This document shows, one piece after another, positions 19,094 through 28,581 of a stretch of 64,000 bases of DNA. Position 1 is the stretch's first letter; every line of letters begins with the position of its first letter. The translations under genes and the position numbers were made by a program. Under the pieces are notes generated by a model that worked only from the letters and a program-made list of their open reading frames with translations, did not search any database and was not told the DNA's origin. The stretch is from a virus. Its lineage: Duplodnaviria; Caudoviricetes. The stretch is taken from positions 47,016 to 111,015 of IMG/VR virus record IMGVR_UViG_3300017791_000021; one strand, written 5' to 3'.

Positions 19094-20076
19094 TAACCGT
19101 CCTTAAGAATTCGAGTGAACGTGTCCATGATCTTACCGAACGAACCGGTAAGCTCCTTGATGTTCTGACTCAGCTCAGCAAGATCATCACGAGAGACAGC
19201 AACCATGTTGCGCTTCTCCACCTTGGCGTGAGCCTCATTCACCTCAGACCATACGTCCTTCTCGGGAGTAACGTCAACGGTAGCAGACAGGATGTTGCCT
19301 GTAGGCAGCGGAGCACGGAAGGGATTGGGACCAACCTTGATGAACTCGGTACCCGCAACCTCTACGACAGTACCAGCAGGAGCGTCCTCAAGGGGCTTCT
19401 CATCCTCTACAACGAGAGGAGTGGCCTCTTCCTTCTCCACCTTCTTCTGAGTCCTCTTACGGGGCGCTGGAGCCTTCTTGGCAGGCTTGGGCTTAGCGGC
19501 TTCCTCAGCACGCCGCTTGTCCTCAAACTCCTGCTTAAGGCGCTCCTCCTTCAGAATCTCATCAGTAGATTTGTATCCCTCAAAGGAATCAATAAGTCCC
19601 TCACAGAGATTCAGCGTGGAAAGCCACTGGTAGTTCTTGGCATCCCCGATGATTTCGAAATCGGAAAGAGCATTGTTGCCCTGCTCATAAGTGTTCTCAG
19701 GATTATATGCGTGAATGAAGGCAGTATCATCCCCAGCCTTGTGCCGTTCGGTAAGCAGAGACAGACCAGTCTCAAGCGCCTCACGCTCATCCTCCACCTT
19801 GACGAACCAATCGCCTGGAAGAGCAGAGATCTCCTTAGACATCGGCATACCCTGAGGGTGCACGATCGTGAACTTGAACTCCCACTCCATGCCCAGCTTG
19901 ATAAGGTTGCGGATACCGCCACCCATCTGAGACAGAAGGGGAAGAATAACGTGAACCTCTCGCTCCTCAACGGGACCGAAGATCCACTCAGCCATGGACT
20001 CTTCCAGGTGCTGCATAGTAACATTGCCGGAACCTGCAACCATGATGGTCAGGTCGGTAGAGAAGTCGCGGGTCAT
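19093..20076 (-). CDS. Hypothetical protein with Lys/Ala/Pro-rich linker
   Basis: 327-aa ORF with AAGGAGG RBS. Confidence 0.8.
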   Translation of the reverse strand: MTRDFSTDLTIMVAGSGNVTMQHLEESMAEWIFGPVEEREVHVILPLLSQMGGGIRNLIKLGMEWEFKFTIVHPQGMPMSKEISALPGDWFVKVEDEREALETGLSLLTERHKAGDDTAFIHAYNPENTYEQGNNALSDFEIIGDAKNYQWLSTLNLCEGLIDSFEGYKSTDEILKEERLKQEFEDKRRAEEAAKPKPAKKAPAPRKRTQKKVEKEEATPLVVEDEKPLEDAPAGTVVEVAGTEFIKVGPNPFRAPLPTGNILSATVDVTPEKDVWSEVNEAHAKVEKRNMVAVSRDDLAELSQNIKELTGSFGKIMDTFTRILKDG

Positions 20077-20133
20077 TCGTGCCTCCTTGGCGATTAGTTT
20101 CGTTTACGACTGTAAGGGTTGATCTTGGGTCTG

Positions 20134-20409
20134 TCAAGGCGGCGGTGGAATATTCGATCTCCGACGCTTGACGGAACTATGTACAGACGGTACACCCTGT
20201 GTGACCAGTCCATGAAGTAGTAGAACCGTACCAGAGATCGCAGCAATCAGTATGTACTGGTGCGGTGCATGAAGAGCAAGGTAGGCCAGGAGAGGTATCA
20301 CTGTCAAGTGCACCAGCCAATCGGGTACCCACGATACGCGCGGATAAATATAGACTTTGATGAAGACCCAAGCCCACAATACGGCTAGGGACGCTATGAT
20401 AAGTTCCAT
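20134..20409 (-). CDS. Small multi-pass membrane protein
   Basis: Three hydrophobic segments, basic C-tail; AAGGAG RBS. Confidence 0.7.
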   Translation of the reverse strand: MELIIASLAVLWAWVFIKVYIYPRVSWVPDWLVHLTVIPLLAYLALHAPHQYILIAAISGTVLLLHGLVTQGVPSVHSSVKRRRSNIPPPP

Positions 20410-20444
20410 GTTTCTCCTTAGGTAGGTGACACAGCATAGCAGAC

Positions 20445-20473
20445 TTGACGGATGCTCGGTACGGTTGTACCCT
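20445..20473 (+). promoter_or_regulatory. Sigma70/HrdB-type promoter pointing against the gene flow
   Basis: TTGACG-17 nt-TACCCT. Confidence 0.5.
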
Positions 20474-20498
20474 AACTAACATATATGTATATAAATAA

Positions 20499-20533
20499 AA
20501 AAGAGAGACATAGATAATCTATGTCTCTCTTTT
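20499..20533. terminator. 35-bp AT-rich palindrome; bidirectional terminator and/or origin element
   Basis: AAAAGAGAGACATAGAT-A-ATCTATGTCTCTCTTTT at the end of the structural operon. Confidence 0.65.
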
Positions 20534-20543
20534 AGTTATGGAG

Positions 20544-22943
20544 CTATTTAATTGGTTGAGCAAACTGTAGTTGGTAATACTCCCCTACAGGTAATACTGA
20601 AGATAAAGCATTGTTTAGTCTAAGGAACTTGTTGTTGTAGTCCTTGTAATAGTAAGAGCGACTATTGTTAGCTGCTCCACCAGCTTCCCACTTGTAATCA
20701 GCAGAAGCAAAGCCACCATCGAAGTACCCCTGGTAATCCAGAGCCTCTTCAACCATGATTGAATCTACCCAGAAAGTGAATGGAGCCTGAGAAAGACTTG
20801 AGAATAGTACGTAGAAGTGCAAGTAGTATTCACTCAGTCCTGTTGGGGGAACTGTGTACTGAACCTGAATTCTAGTCCAATCCCCATCAATATTCTCTGG
20901 ACTAGTTATCTTCTGTGTATTAGTGCTTACACCTAGCAATCCCAAACCGTTGCTATCTCTGAAGTCCATCAAAACATCTGGGCAATTAGGTCCCTGGTTA
21001 ATCCAAGCTGTAATTGTGTAGGTATGTCCTACCTTCAACCCTTGGATAACAGGTTGTCTTGATCCACCATTGAAGTTAGCTTGTGTAGCTGCACCAATCT
21101 TGGAACCTGGACTTCCTGTGTACGTACCACTAGGAGGAACAAGACTTACTCTGATAGATCCGGCAGAGTGATATCCAACTGTGTTATCCCATGCGAATGT
21201 CGCAGAGTTAGGGCTACCGGAGATTCCCACGTTACCCTGGAACCAGTTAGCAGTGCCTGTATTGAATCCTGAATTCAGAACGTAGTTAACACGATCAGCC
21301 TTCACATTGATCTTCGCAGTTCTCGGATGTTCGTAAGCAGACGGACGCTCAGTGAATCCGATAGAAGCTGTGGTGATTGAGTTATTGCTGGTGTAAACGA
21401 CTTCAGTAGGCGGGTTAATAGACGATGTCTGGATAACTGGAACAACTGCTACGAATGCAGCATTGGTTGGCGTAGTAGAGATGTCCGAATAGACAACTCC
21501 TTGACGCCATACATTTCCACCAGGATGGGTATTCTTGTTGGTGATTACTGGCTGTAGATATGTAGTAGCTGAAAGGATATTAAAGTTTGAGTCATAAAAC
21601 ACGAGCGCCGCGTACCAAATGGTATTAGCTCTCGTTGTAGCGATATATACAGAACCGAATAGGGCTTCAGGATCTCCGAAATCATCGTATTTAACGGGAA
21701 CCATTCCCTTTGCCTGCGGAATTACGTAGTAACCGAAGTTACCATCACCCAGGGTATTTACAGTAGATACGCTGGTCATCTTTCCGGAATATTGACCGTT
21801 CAATGCGTGATCAGTACTGCGTACAATGCTGCATCCTGAGCCTGAGTACGCACAGCCATCTGTGTACAACGAAGCTACAAGAGGTAGACGGTTGTCCAGT
21901 CCTGAGGTAGTCTCCATCTGTACATTGGTCATCAGGTCTGACACGGTGTCAGGAGTGAAGCCTACGTTGTATCGCACGTTTGCATATGCCGCTGGTGGGA
22001 AATAACTTCCATCACGGTAAGGCATAGGTGCAGCAACAGGGTTCACTACTGGTTGCCAGTTAGCCGACACGATAGGAGTTGATCCTACGATAGAAGTAAT
22101 ATTCGTTGGTGCCCACTGGTTAGTAATCAATGGGTCAACAGTTTGTGTGTTAAATGTATAAGCAAAATCTGTTAGTCCACCTTCAGGAATTCCTAAGGTG
22201 GCTGTGAATTGTGCCTTAAAGCCTGCTCTACCATTCACACGTCCAGAAAGTGCATTCGGATCTGTGATGATATATGCACCAGTAATAGAAGAAACTCCAT
22301 TGACAGAGCCCTTCAATTGCAGGTTAGTAGATGGAACATTTATGTTTGATACATAGGCTAGATTTCCCGGATTCTCAATCGCATTGAATCCTGCAAAAAT
22401 CGTTACAGTTACCGCAGTGATATCCCAGTTGAATCCTACGAATCCTTGTTCAGTCCACGTACTTCCATCTGGAGATGTATCAAAGAAAATATTGACTGGA
22501 TCTTCGTTGCGAATTCTCCAATAGGCGTGGGCCACGGGGTCATAAGCAGGCATGGGAGTGGTGGTGACATTATTATCGTTAGCAACATAAGCATTGAACT
22601 GCCCATTAGGTCCGTAAGATATTTCAACATAGTTGTGTCTGTCGAATCTAATGAGCAGCCCAGTCTGTACGCTGCCATTTCCCGCAGGAGCAGGAGTGAT
22701 CTTTGCAAAGAAGGTGCTCTGTGTCAGATCATAAAGAGAGGCACCAACGTAGCTAGGCGTGTCAGTAGCCTCCACATATGGAAGCAATTGAATAGGATCA
22801 AATCCAAAACTACCACTGTTGGTGTTCCATTGAGGATTAATTAGCTCATACGTTCCACCGAATCCACCATCTCCGAACCCGAAGAAACCAAACCCATCCG
22901 GCTGAAAGATATCGGTTAGGGTATTAATTTTTGGATTTGCCAT
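20544..22943 (-). CDS. Minor tail / receptor-binding protein with carbohydrate-binding-like beta domains
   Basis: Last gene of baseplate cluster; NYVLNSGF, GHTYTITAWI, FWVDSIMVEE, YFDG motifs typical of phage tail CBM-like domains. Confidence 0.75.
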   Translation of the reverse strand: MANPKINTLTDIFQPDGFGFFGFGDGGFGGTYELINPQWNTNSGSFGFDPIQLLPYVEATDTPSYVGASLYDLTQSTFFAKITPAPAGNGSVQTGLLIRFDRHNYVEISYGPNGQFNAYVANDNNVTTTPMPAYDPVAHAYWRIRNEDPVNIFFDTSPDGSTWTEQGFVGFNWDITAVTVTIFAGFNAIENPGNLAYVSNINVPSTNLQLKGSVNGVSSITGAYIITDPNALSGRVNGRAGFKAQFTATLGIPEGGLTDFAYTFNTQTVDPLITNQWAPTNITSIVGSTPIVSANWQPVVNPVAAPMPYRDGSYFPPAAYANVRYNVGFTPDTVSDLMTNVQMETTSGLDNRLPLVASLYTDGCAYSGSGCSIVRSTDHALNGQYSGKMTSVSTVNTLGDGNFGYYVIPQAKGMVPVKYDDFGDPEALFGSVYIATTRANTIWYAALVFYDSNFNILSATTYLQPVITNKNTHPGGNVWRQGVVYSDISTTPTNAAFVAVVPVIQTSSINPPTEVVYTSNNSITTASIGFTERPSAYEHPRTAKINVKADRVNYVLNSGFNTGTANWFQGNVGISGSPNSATFAWDNTVGYHSAGSIRVSLVPPSGTYTGSPGSKIGAATQANFNGGSRQPVIQGLKVGHTYTITAWINQGPNCPDVLMDFRDSNGLGLLGVSTNTQKITSPENIDGDWTRIQVQYTVPPTGLSEYYLHFYVLFSSLSQAPFTFWVDSIMVEEALDYQGYFDGGFASADYKWEAGGAANNSRSYYYKDYNNKFLRLNNALSSVLPVGEYYQLQFAQPIK

Positions 22944-25331
22944 TTAGAGTGCTCCAGTTGCTGAGTACTTTTGAATAAAGCCAGTACGTCCTACAGTTCC
23001 TGTAAACCCCGGACCTGTTCCTACAGAGTGTGCAATTCTAGTCAGAGCACCATCACCTGTACGAGCGTACTTATATACCGAGATATCAGTATCGGCGTCA
23101 ATGATTATTCTATCGCCATTCTGCAAACGAGTCCAGGAGGCAAGAACGGTATCGGATGCTCCAACAACTTGTCGCAAACTGGTTCTGGTTGCGTAGTAGA
23201 AGTGCGTTGAATCTGTCCAGGCAAAGATAAGACCATGAGTCTTGTGTGCTGTGTCAACGTAATCAGTAACAAAAGTCAGAGCAAACCGACCTGGAGGAGC
23301 GCCTACGTCAATAGTTGAATAAACATACGTAGTAGTTCCTGCAATAGTCTGATCTACTGACGCCATTCCGTAACTAGTTCTCCAGATGTTGGCAGTGTTA
23401 GGAACTGAATCCCAGGTACCGTCTACGACTGTTCCGTCTGTTGTAGCGTTAGCCAGTGATGTTTCAGTTGAACCACGCATGTCTGCATAGTCATCTACGA
23501 AACGTGCTAGGACACCTTCTGCTCCGATATTATATCCAGAATAGAAAGAGGATGTGTTGTTGATCAACTTACCCTTTTTGTCATAGAACCAGATCTCACT
23601 AGAGACATCTGTAGGGCCAACATCATTAGCGTTTCTTGTCCACTGACTAGAGATTACCACTGTCTTCTGACTAGGTGAAATGAATACCCATGAAGCATTG
23701 GAATAGTAGTAACCCGTTGGCTGACTATTAACGTTATCCAGACCAGCTAGGTAAACAATACCCTGATACTGCACATAGGTACCAGCCTTGTATGTTGTGG
23801 AAGAGTTCCATACTGGTAGTTGTGCAATAGGAATACCATCACGAACAATATTAGGAGTGTCAGATGTGGTGTAGTAAACAGGCTTCCAGAAATTCTGATC
23901 TGTGCCTGGTGTCTTTGCGCCATATGGTGTTGCAGGACCAGAAGGCTTAAGAGCCTGATAGTAGTATCCATCTGTGTACAGTACGTAGTTATTGATTACG
24001 TAATTTGTAGCTGCGGAGTAGTTAGGAGTATTTCTCTTGGCTGTTGAATCCAAGAAGAATGTTCCTGATCCCAGGTTGTTAGTCTGCTGAATAGACAGCG
24101 CATTGTAGTTATTGTTTGTGCTATCTGTAGGACTTGCCAATCCAGTACGAACGCCCTGAATGCTTCCCACTGTTGTACCACTGCCTGTAAATCCCCAAGT
24201 CGAATGCTGACCTGTCTGAGGATTCTTGTTGACTGTCGTATCCAGCACATATGTCTGGTGGACAGACCACCAGGTGTTAGCGGCTGCTGTACCTGTTGGA
24301 GCCTGTGCCTGACCCTTAGCCTGAACAAGGTTCTTGTATGTATAACCGTTGTAGCTGATGATCTGATTTACGAAGTATGTAGTATTCGGACTCCACTGAT
24401 CATAAACAGGATGAGGGAATGCAGTTTGATCAGCACTGTTGTACATATTCACACCATAGGTGATTTCAGAATCCCAGCCTGCTAGTTCAGCAATAAGGTT
24501 GTGAATACTCTGAGTCTGTCCCTTGATGCGATAGTTTACTGCGGCATTCTTAATACGCTGTCTTCTCTGCTGAGGAGTAGAAAGGTAATCAGTGTCAATA
24601 CCAAGCTGCTGTCCTAGAATATCCAAATGAGCAGCAGAAACTGTATCAGCGTTACTTAGCTGTAGGTATGAATCATATTCAGCCTTTAGCATATCAAGAC
24701 CGAATCCAAATAGAGACTCATAGTTATACAGAGATTGGTTATCAATTTCTACAGTAGAGAATGTATCTGATGTGTTGGTCTTGTATGGCTGTGGAGTTCT
24801 GTTGTATAGAAGACTTGCGTAACCCTGATTTCCCAGAGCTAATGTAGCCGCAAAACCGGCTGGATACCATGTTGGAATATATTCCGAAGGAGACCAGAAA
24901 GCCGATCCGGCAGCAGGAGTGTGGTTTGTATTGCTGTTCTGTGTGCTAGTCCAGTACAACCCATTGAATAGAACTTGCTGGTTTAGAACATAAGTAGTTC
25001 CTGAACTCCATGCTGGAGCTTCAACGGTAATGAACATGGCGTAGTAATAGATCGTTCCAGCATCAAGCCCCGGATCATCATACGTTCTGATCATAGTTCC
25101 GGGCGTAATGGTGGTTAGGACTACCCCGTCTTCTGGACGGTTAGGGTATCCGTAGGTACTTCTAACCAGTTCCAGAAGCTTCCATGAGGTTGTGTTAGGA
25201 GAAGCCCAGGAAAGTACGATGTCACCATAATCAGCCTGCTTGGCCACAAAAGGTGCAACGCTGTAGTCTGCTGGCTGTGAATATCCATAAGTCGCCAGAC
25301 CATAGATATCAACACCATATCCTTGGCTCAT
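22944..25331 (-). CDS. Baseplate wedge (P2 gpI-like) protein with CBM5/12-like repeats
   Basis: HLDILGQQLG, RQRIKNAAVNYRIKG gpI-like core; four W/Y..TxY....V.Y.G..Y repeats. Confidence 0.75.
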   Translation of the reverse strand: MSQGYGVDIYGLATYGYSQPADYSVAPFVAKQADYGDIVLSWASPNTTSWKLLELVRSTYGYPNRPEDGVVLTTITPGTMIRTYDDPGLDAGTIYYYAMFITVEAPAWSSGTTYVLNQQVLFNGLYWTSTQNSNTNHTPAAGSAFWSPSEYIPTWYPAGFAATLALGNQGYASLLYNRTPQPYKTNTSDTFSTVEIDNQSLYNYESLFGFGLDMLKAEYDSYLQLSNADTVSAAHLDILGQQLGIDTDYLSTPQQRRQRIKNAAVNYRIKGQTQSIHNLIAELAGWDSEITYGVNMYNSADQTAFPHPVYDQWSPNTTYFVNQIISYNGYTYKNLVQAKGQAQAPTGTAAANTWWSVHQTYVLDTTVNKNPQTGQHSTWGFTGSGTTVGSIQGVRTGLASPTDSTNNNYNALSIQQTNNLGSGTFFLDSTAKRNTPNYSAATNYVINNYVLYTDGYYYQALKPSGPATPYGAKTPGTDQNFWKPVYYTTSDTPNIVRDGIPIAQLPVWNSSTTYKAGTYVQYQGIVYLAGLDNVNSQPTGYYYSNASWVFISPSQKTVVISSQWTRNANDVGPTDVSSEIWFYDKKGKLINNTSSFYSGYNIGAEGVLARFVDDYADMRGSTETSLANATTDGTVVDGTWDSVPNTANIWRTSYGMASVDQTIAGTTTYVYSTIDVGAPPGRFALTFVTDYVDTAHKTHGLIFAWTDSTHFYYATRTSLRQVVGASDTVLASWTRLQNGDRIIIDADTDISVYKYARTGDGALTRIAHSVGTGPGFTGTVGRTGFIQKYSATGAL

Positions 25332-25340
25332 TTATTCTCC

Positions 25341-26006
25341 TTATGATGGGATGTCTCTGATGTACGCGATCTGCGCATAGATGGTAGCGATTAATGTTCC
25401 TGATGTATACACGCTCTGATATGCCTTAACCTTAACAGCATTCCCCTTATACCAGGGATAGATCATGGATGCTGACTGTCTGGCAAAGTCCTGGAATCCC
25501 TCAGGGAACCAGTCTGTCTGACATGTTAGGAACGCGGTGGAACCAGTCTGATAAGCCTCAATCTGAAGCTTACCATTTCTATTGAACTTAGGTAGAAGGT
25601 TAGCGGTTACTACACTATCCTTGTGCCATCTGATATAGAAGTTAAAGTGATAGATTCCACTACGAGGGCAGATCAAACTTGAACCACTAATCATGTGATG
25701 AGTATCAAACAGCTTTGAATTCCAGGAAGGAATGTAATCAGAATTGAATGGTACGTGTACATCGTGGGCAGAAGTTCCTACATACGGAACTGTTAAACCT
25801 TTTCTCACTGATGCGATTCGAGTACTGACATCTGCATACTTGGTGAGGGTATTGTCAATTGTTTCTTGTTGTGGATTTACTCCCAGAGTTGTCTGAACTG
25901 CGCGGATCTCATCGTAAGAAACGTTGACATCAGCAGCTTCAACAAGCTCCGTATAGTCTTGTCTATATGCAAAGCTCTTAATAGCTGAAGGATAAACCGC
26001 TACCAT
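25341..26006 (-). CDS. Minor tail protein (C1q/TNF-like C-terminal fold)
   Basis: VYPSAI..F, ADVN..DEIRAVQ..LG N-terminus; beta-rich C-terminus with SGIYHF. Confidence 0.65.
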   Translation of the reverse strand: MVAVYPSAIKSFAYRQDYTELVEAADVNVSYDEIRAVQTTLGVNPQQETIDNTLTKYADVSTRIASVRKGLTVPYVGTSAHDVHVPFNSDYIPSWNSKLFDTHHMISGSSLICPRSGIYHFNFYIRWHKDSVVTANLLPKFNRNGKLQIEAYQTGSTAFLTCQTDWFPEGFQDFARQSASMIYPWYKGNAVKVKAYQSVYTSGTLIATIYAQIAYIRDIPS

Positions 26007-26016
26007 TTCACTCTCC

Positions 26017-27543
26017 TTATGTGGTGGCTGTTACAGTAACGATGATATTACCAGCAGTTGGTAGCTCAAAGCTTCGCATAAGAATATCTGCTGCACCGGA
26101 TTGGGTTGCATCGCTTCTGACGAATAGAGGGATGTTGATGTACTGCACTCCCGGAATCTTATAGAGAGCGGAGTAAACAGAACTCAAGGTTACACGTCCG
26201 GCAAGCTGTGTGTTTGACGGAGCGAATAGATTCTGAATAGCCTGAACAGCTTGCACCTGAATTGAAGTGGGACTATATCGAGAGCTGCATCCAATAAGAA
26301 CAGGGCTGCTCACAGAGCCTACGTTGATCGGTACTAGCGTTGCGGCTGTACAGGTCACCACTGTTCCGGCTAGCGATAGTGGTTGTAAGAAGGCTGTTAC
26401 GGTATCCAGTGTTGCCTGTGTTGGAATAGTATTTCCTTGACCAGTAACGTACACGGTGACATTTGTGTAAGTATTAGCTACTGCATTTGCTTGTGAAACT
26501 ACTGGAAGTGACATAGCCAGATTACCATAATCAGCTAGGGTTACAGCTCTCTGCTGAGTAGTAAATGCACGAGGCGCGTTGGTTCTAATCTGATCAATTG
26601 TTTCTGCGGCAGTTCCACCAGTTGTTGCAGAAGAAGCCGAAATAGAAACACCGTTAATAGCTGAAGCGATATCAACAATAGAGTTAGCAGCAAGGTTACC
26701 AACAGTTCCACCACCTACACGATAGTTTGCATAGATGTTAAGTCCGGCAGTAGGAACAGATCCATTGATTCCATCACCAAAGTGAATAGAGACAACGCCG
26801 TTGGCATCTACAGTCTGAGCCCAAGCAAGATCGGAAGAACCTGATTGCTGTAGGGACTGCACCTGATTCCATGGAAGGATTGGGTCCTGTCCACTTGTAG
26901 ATCCGAATGCAGGATTCTGTACATATACCGTTATAGATCCACTGACTACCGGATTATTAGCCAGGGAGAATGTCTGAAGATCTGATCCGTCAGAGGTACC
27001 AATCAGCTCAGTAGTAATTGAGAACGGAGATGCTGTTGAATTACCAATTGTAAATACAGCAGATCCCTGAGTGATTCCCTGAATCACAGGTACAACTACA
27101 GTTCCACCATTAGCGGGAACGGTAGCAGCTTGAGTAGTTTCAAAGATTACTGGCCCGTTGATGCTAGAGAGATAGTTCGTAATGACCTGTGTAGCGGCTG
27201 GCACGGGCACAGCAGCAGATCCAGTAGCAGACTGGAAGGTAACTGTTCCTGTGGCCGCTAGAGCCTGTCCAGGGGTGTATCCCAGTAGCTCAGCCAGTTG
27301 GATAACTGAGGATAGCTGAGTGGCTGTACCGATGTAAGCCTCAGCTACAATGCGGTCACCATAATACGAAAGAACATCTAGCTCACGAGCTAGAGATTCT
27401 AGAAGCATTACTTCAAGGGAACCGGGATTCTGGTTAGTCCATTCTGGAAATGCTGTCTTAGCAAAGTCCAGCATGGAGTTAATGAATCCGGTGTAGTCCT
27501 TGCTTGTGTAGTCGATAGCAGGCACACCGTTAACTGTTGCCAT
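26017..27543 (-). CDS. Baseplate J-like wedge protein
   Basis: DYTSKDY, FPEWT, LAELLGY, FGDG..G.VP, QRAVTLADY; start re-assigned to ATG 27543. Confidence 0.9.
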   Translation of the reverse strand: MATVNGVPAIDYTSKDYTGFINSMLDFAKTAFPEWTNQNPGSLEVMLLESLARELDVLSYYGDRIVAEAYIGTATQLSSVIQLAELLGYTPGQALAATGTVTFQSATGSAAVPVPAATQVITNYLSSINGPVIFETTQAATVPANGGTVVVPVIQGITQGSAVFTIGNSTASPFSITTELIGTSDGSDLQTFSLANNPVVSGSITVYVQNPAFGSTSGQDPILPWNQVQSLQQSGSSDLAWAQTVDANGVVSIHFGDGINGSVPTAGLNIYANYRVGGGTVGNLAANSIVDIASAINGVSISASSATTGGTAAETIDQIRTNAPRAFTTQQRAVTLADYGNLAMSLPVVSQANAVANTYTNVTVYVTGQGNTIPTQATLDTVTAFLQPLSLAGTVVTCTAATLVPINVGSVSSPVLIGCSSRYSPTSIQVQAVQAIQNLFAPSNTQLAGRVTLSSVYSALYKIPGVQYINIPLFVRSDATQSGAADILMRSFELPTAGNIIVTVTATT

Positions 27544-27949
27544 TGACAACTCCTTCCTTGACTGTTCCACCAACAAGAACGGTAACTGTATTCGCTACGC
27601 TACTTACGGTAGAAGCACTAATGATTGGTCGATAATTTACATTCACAGAAGCCACGCCATCATTAGCCTGAAGGACATTAGGCTCTACAGAAACTACCTC
27701 TACGTCAGGCTCATACGCATTGATCTGCTGAGTGACGAGATCACGCATCTCTGTAGCCACCAGAATGTTACTGGTATCGAATAGCAATCTAGATAAAGGC
27801 AGCCCCATCTTGGCTCTCATAGCACGCTGACCAATCTCTGTAGATACGATCGCGTCAATTCTCTGAGAGACCTGAATATCATTGTCTGTTTCTGTCGCCA
27901 CTGAGCCATTCTCTAGAACAGCAAAGGGGATGCTTAGTTGTGTTCCCAT
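27530..27949 (-). CDS. Baseplate wedge gp25/GPW-like protein
   Basis: LSIPF, TEIGQRAM, LLFD, YEP motifs; start ATG 27949. Confidence 0.85.
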   Translation of the reverse strand: MGTQLSIPFAVLENGSVATETDNDIQVSQRIDAIVSTEIGQRAMRAKMGLPLSRLLFDTSNILVATEMRDLVTQQINAYEPDVEVVSVEPNVLQANDGVASVNVNYRPIISASTVSSVANTVTVLVGGTVKEGVVNGNS

Positions 27950-27966
27950 ATATTTATTATCCCAGA

Positions 27967-28581
27967 TTATATGTAGTAGCTTAGTCCATTGAGAGAAACC
28001 CAAGGTGGCTGAACGGTTGTTGTATTTGTTCCTACGATGGTGACAGCACCACCAGTAGTGAAGTCCATCTTCAGCGAGTCAAAAGTGCTGGATGATAAAG
28101 AACAGGCTGCTGTTAGTGAGCGAAGGTTACCAGGTCTAGCAACGGCTGGAGCAGTTGTCCAGGTACCACCATTAGCAATAGTTCCACTGGGATAAGTAAT
28201 GTTGATACCACCCTGAAGATTTACCTTAAGTGAACCGTATTCATTTACTACCTGGAATTGTGGCGTACCGTTGCTGTTTCCATTACCGGTGAATCCTGAG
28301 ACCAGTGAGAAGTTAGTCCAGTCCTGAACTAGCGTCAGTGGTGGAATGTATGGAATGCTGTTTGCGAAATAGGTAGGCTTGGTTATATCTCCACCACTGA
28401 AACCAATCCATACGGTTGTTCCCACGGCTGGAACAGGCATACCCGGATTGGCAGGCTCAGCAGCTCTGATCTCTGCGAGCCCACCAATCTGAGGACATTG
28501 AACTCTAATCTTACCTGTTCCAGTAGCGTCAGTAGTTGATGTAACCAGCGCACGGTATAGCGCGTCATATTTAGGTTGCAT
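27967..28581 (-). CDS. Baseplate central spike (gp5/VgrG OB-fold)
   Basis: YRALV...D...GKIRVQCPQ, PAVGTTVWIGFSGGD; start ATG 28581. Confidence 0.85.
   Translation of the reverse strand: MQPKYDALYRALVTSTTDATGTGKIRVQCPQIGGLAEIRAAEPANPGMPVPAVGTTVWIGFSGGDITKPTYFANSIPYIPPLTLVQDWTNFSLVSGFTGNGNSNGTPQFQVVNEYGSLKVNLQGGINITYPSGTIANGGTWTTAPAVARPGNLRSLTAACSLSSSTFDSLKMDFTTGGAVTIVGTNTTTVQPPWVSLNGLSYYI

Noticed and set aside
19228-20097. Long plus-strand ORFs (also 4538-5116, 7683-8339, 58112-58942)
   Set aside because: Antisense to well-supported genes, no RBS or recognisable motifs; typical codon-bias shadows
20134-20409. Holin assignment (also 57262-57693)
   Set aside because: Topology is compatible but no endolysin is adjacent in this window, so it cannot be supported
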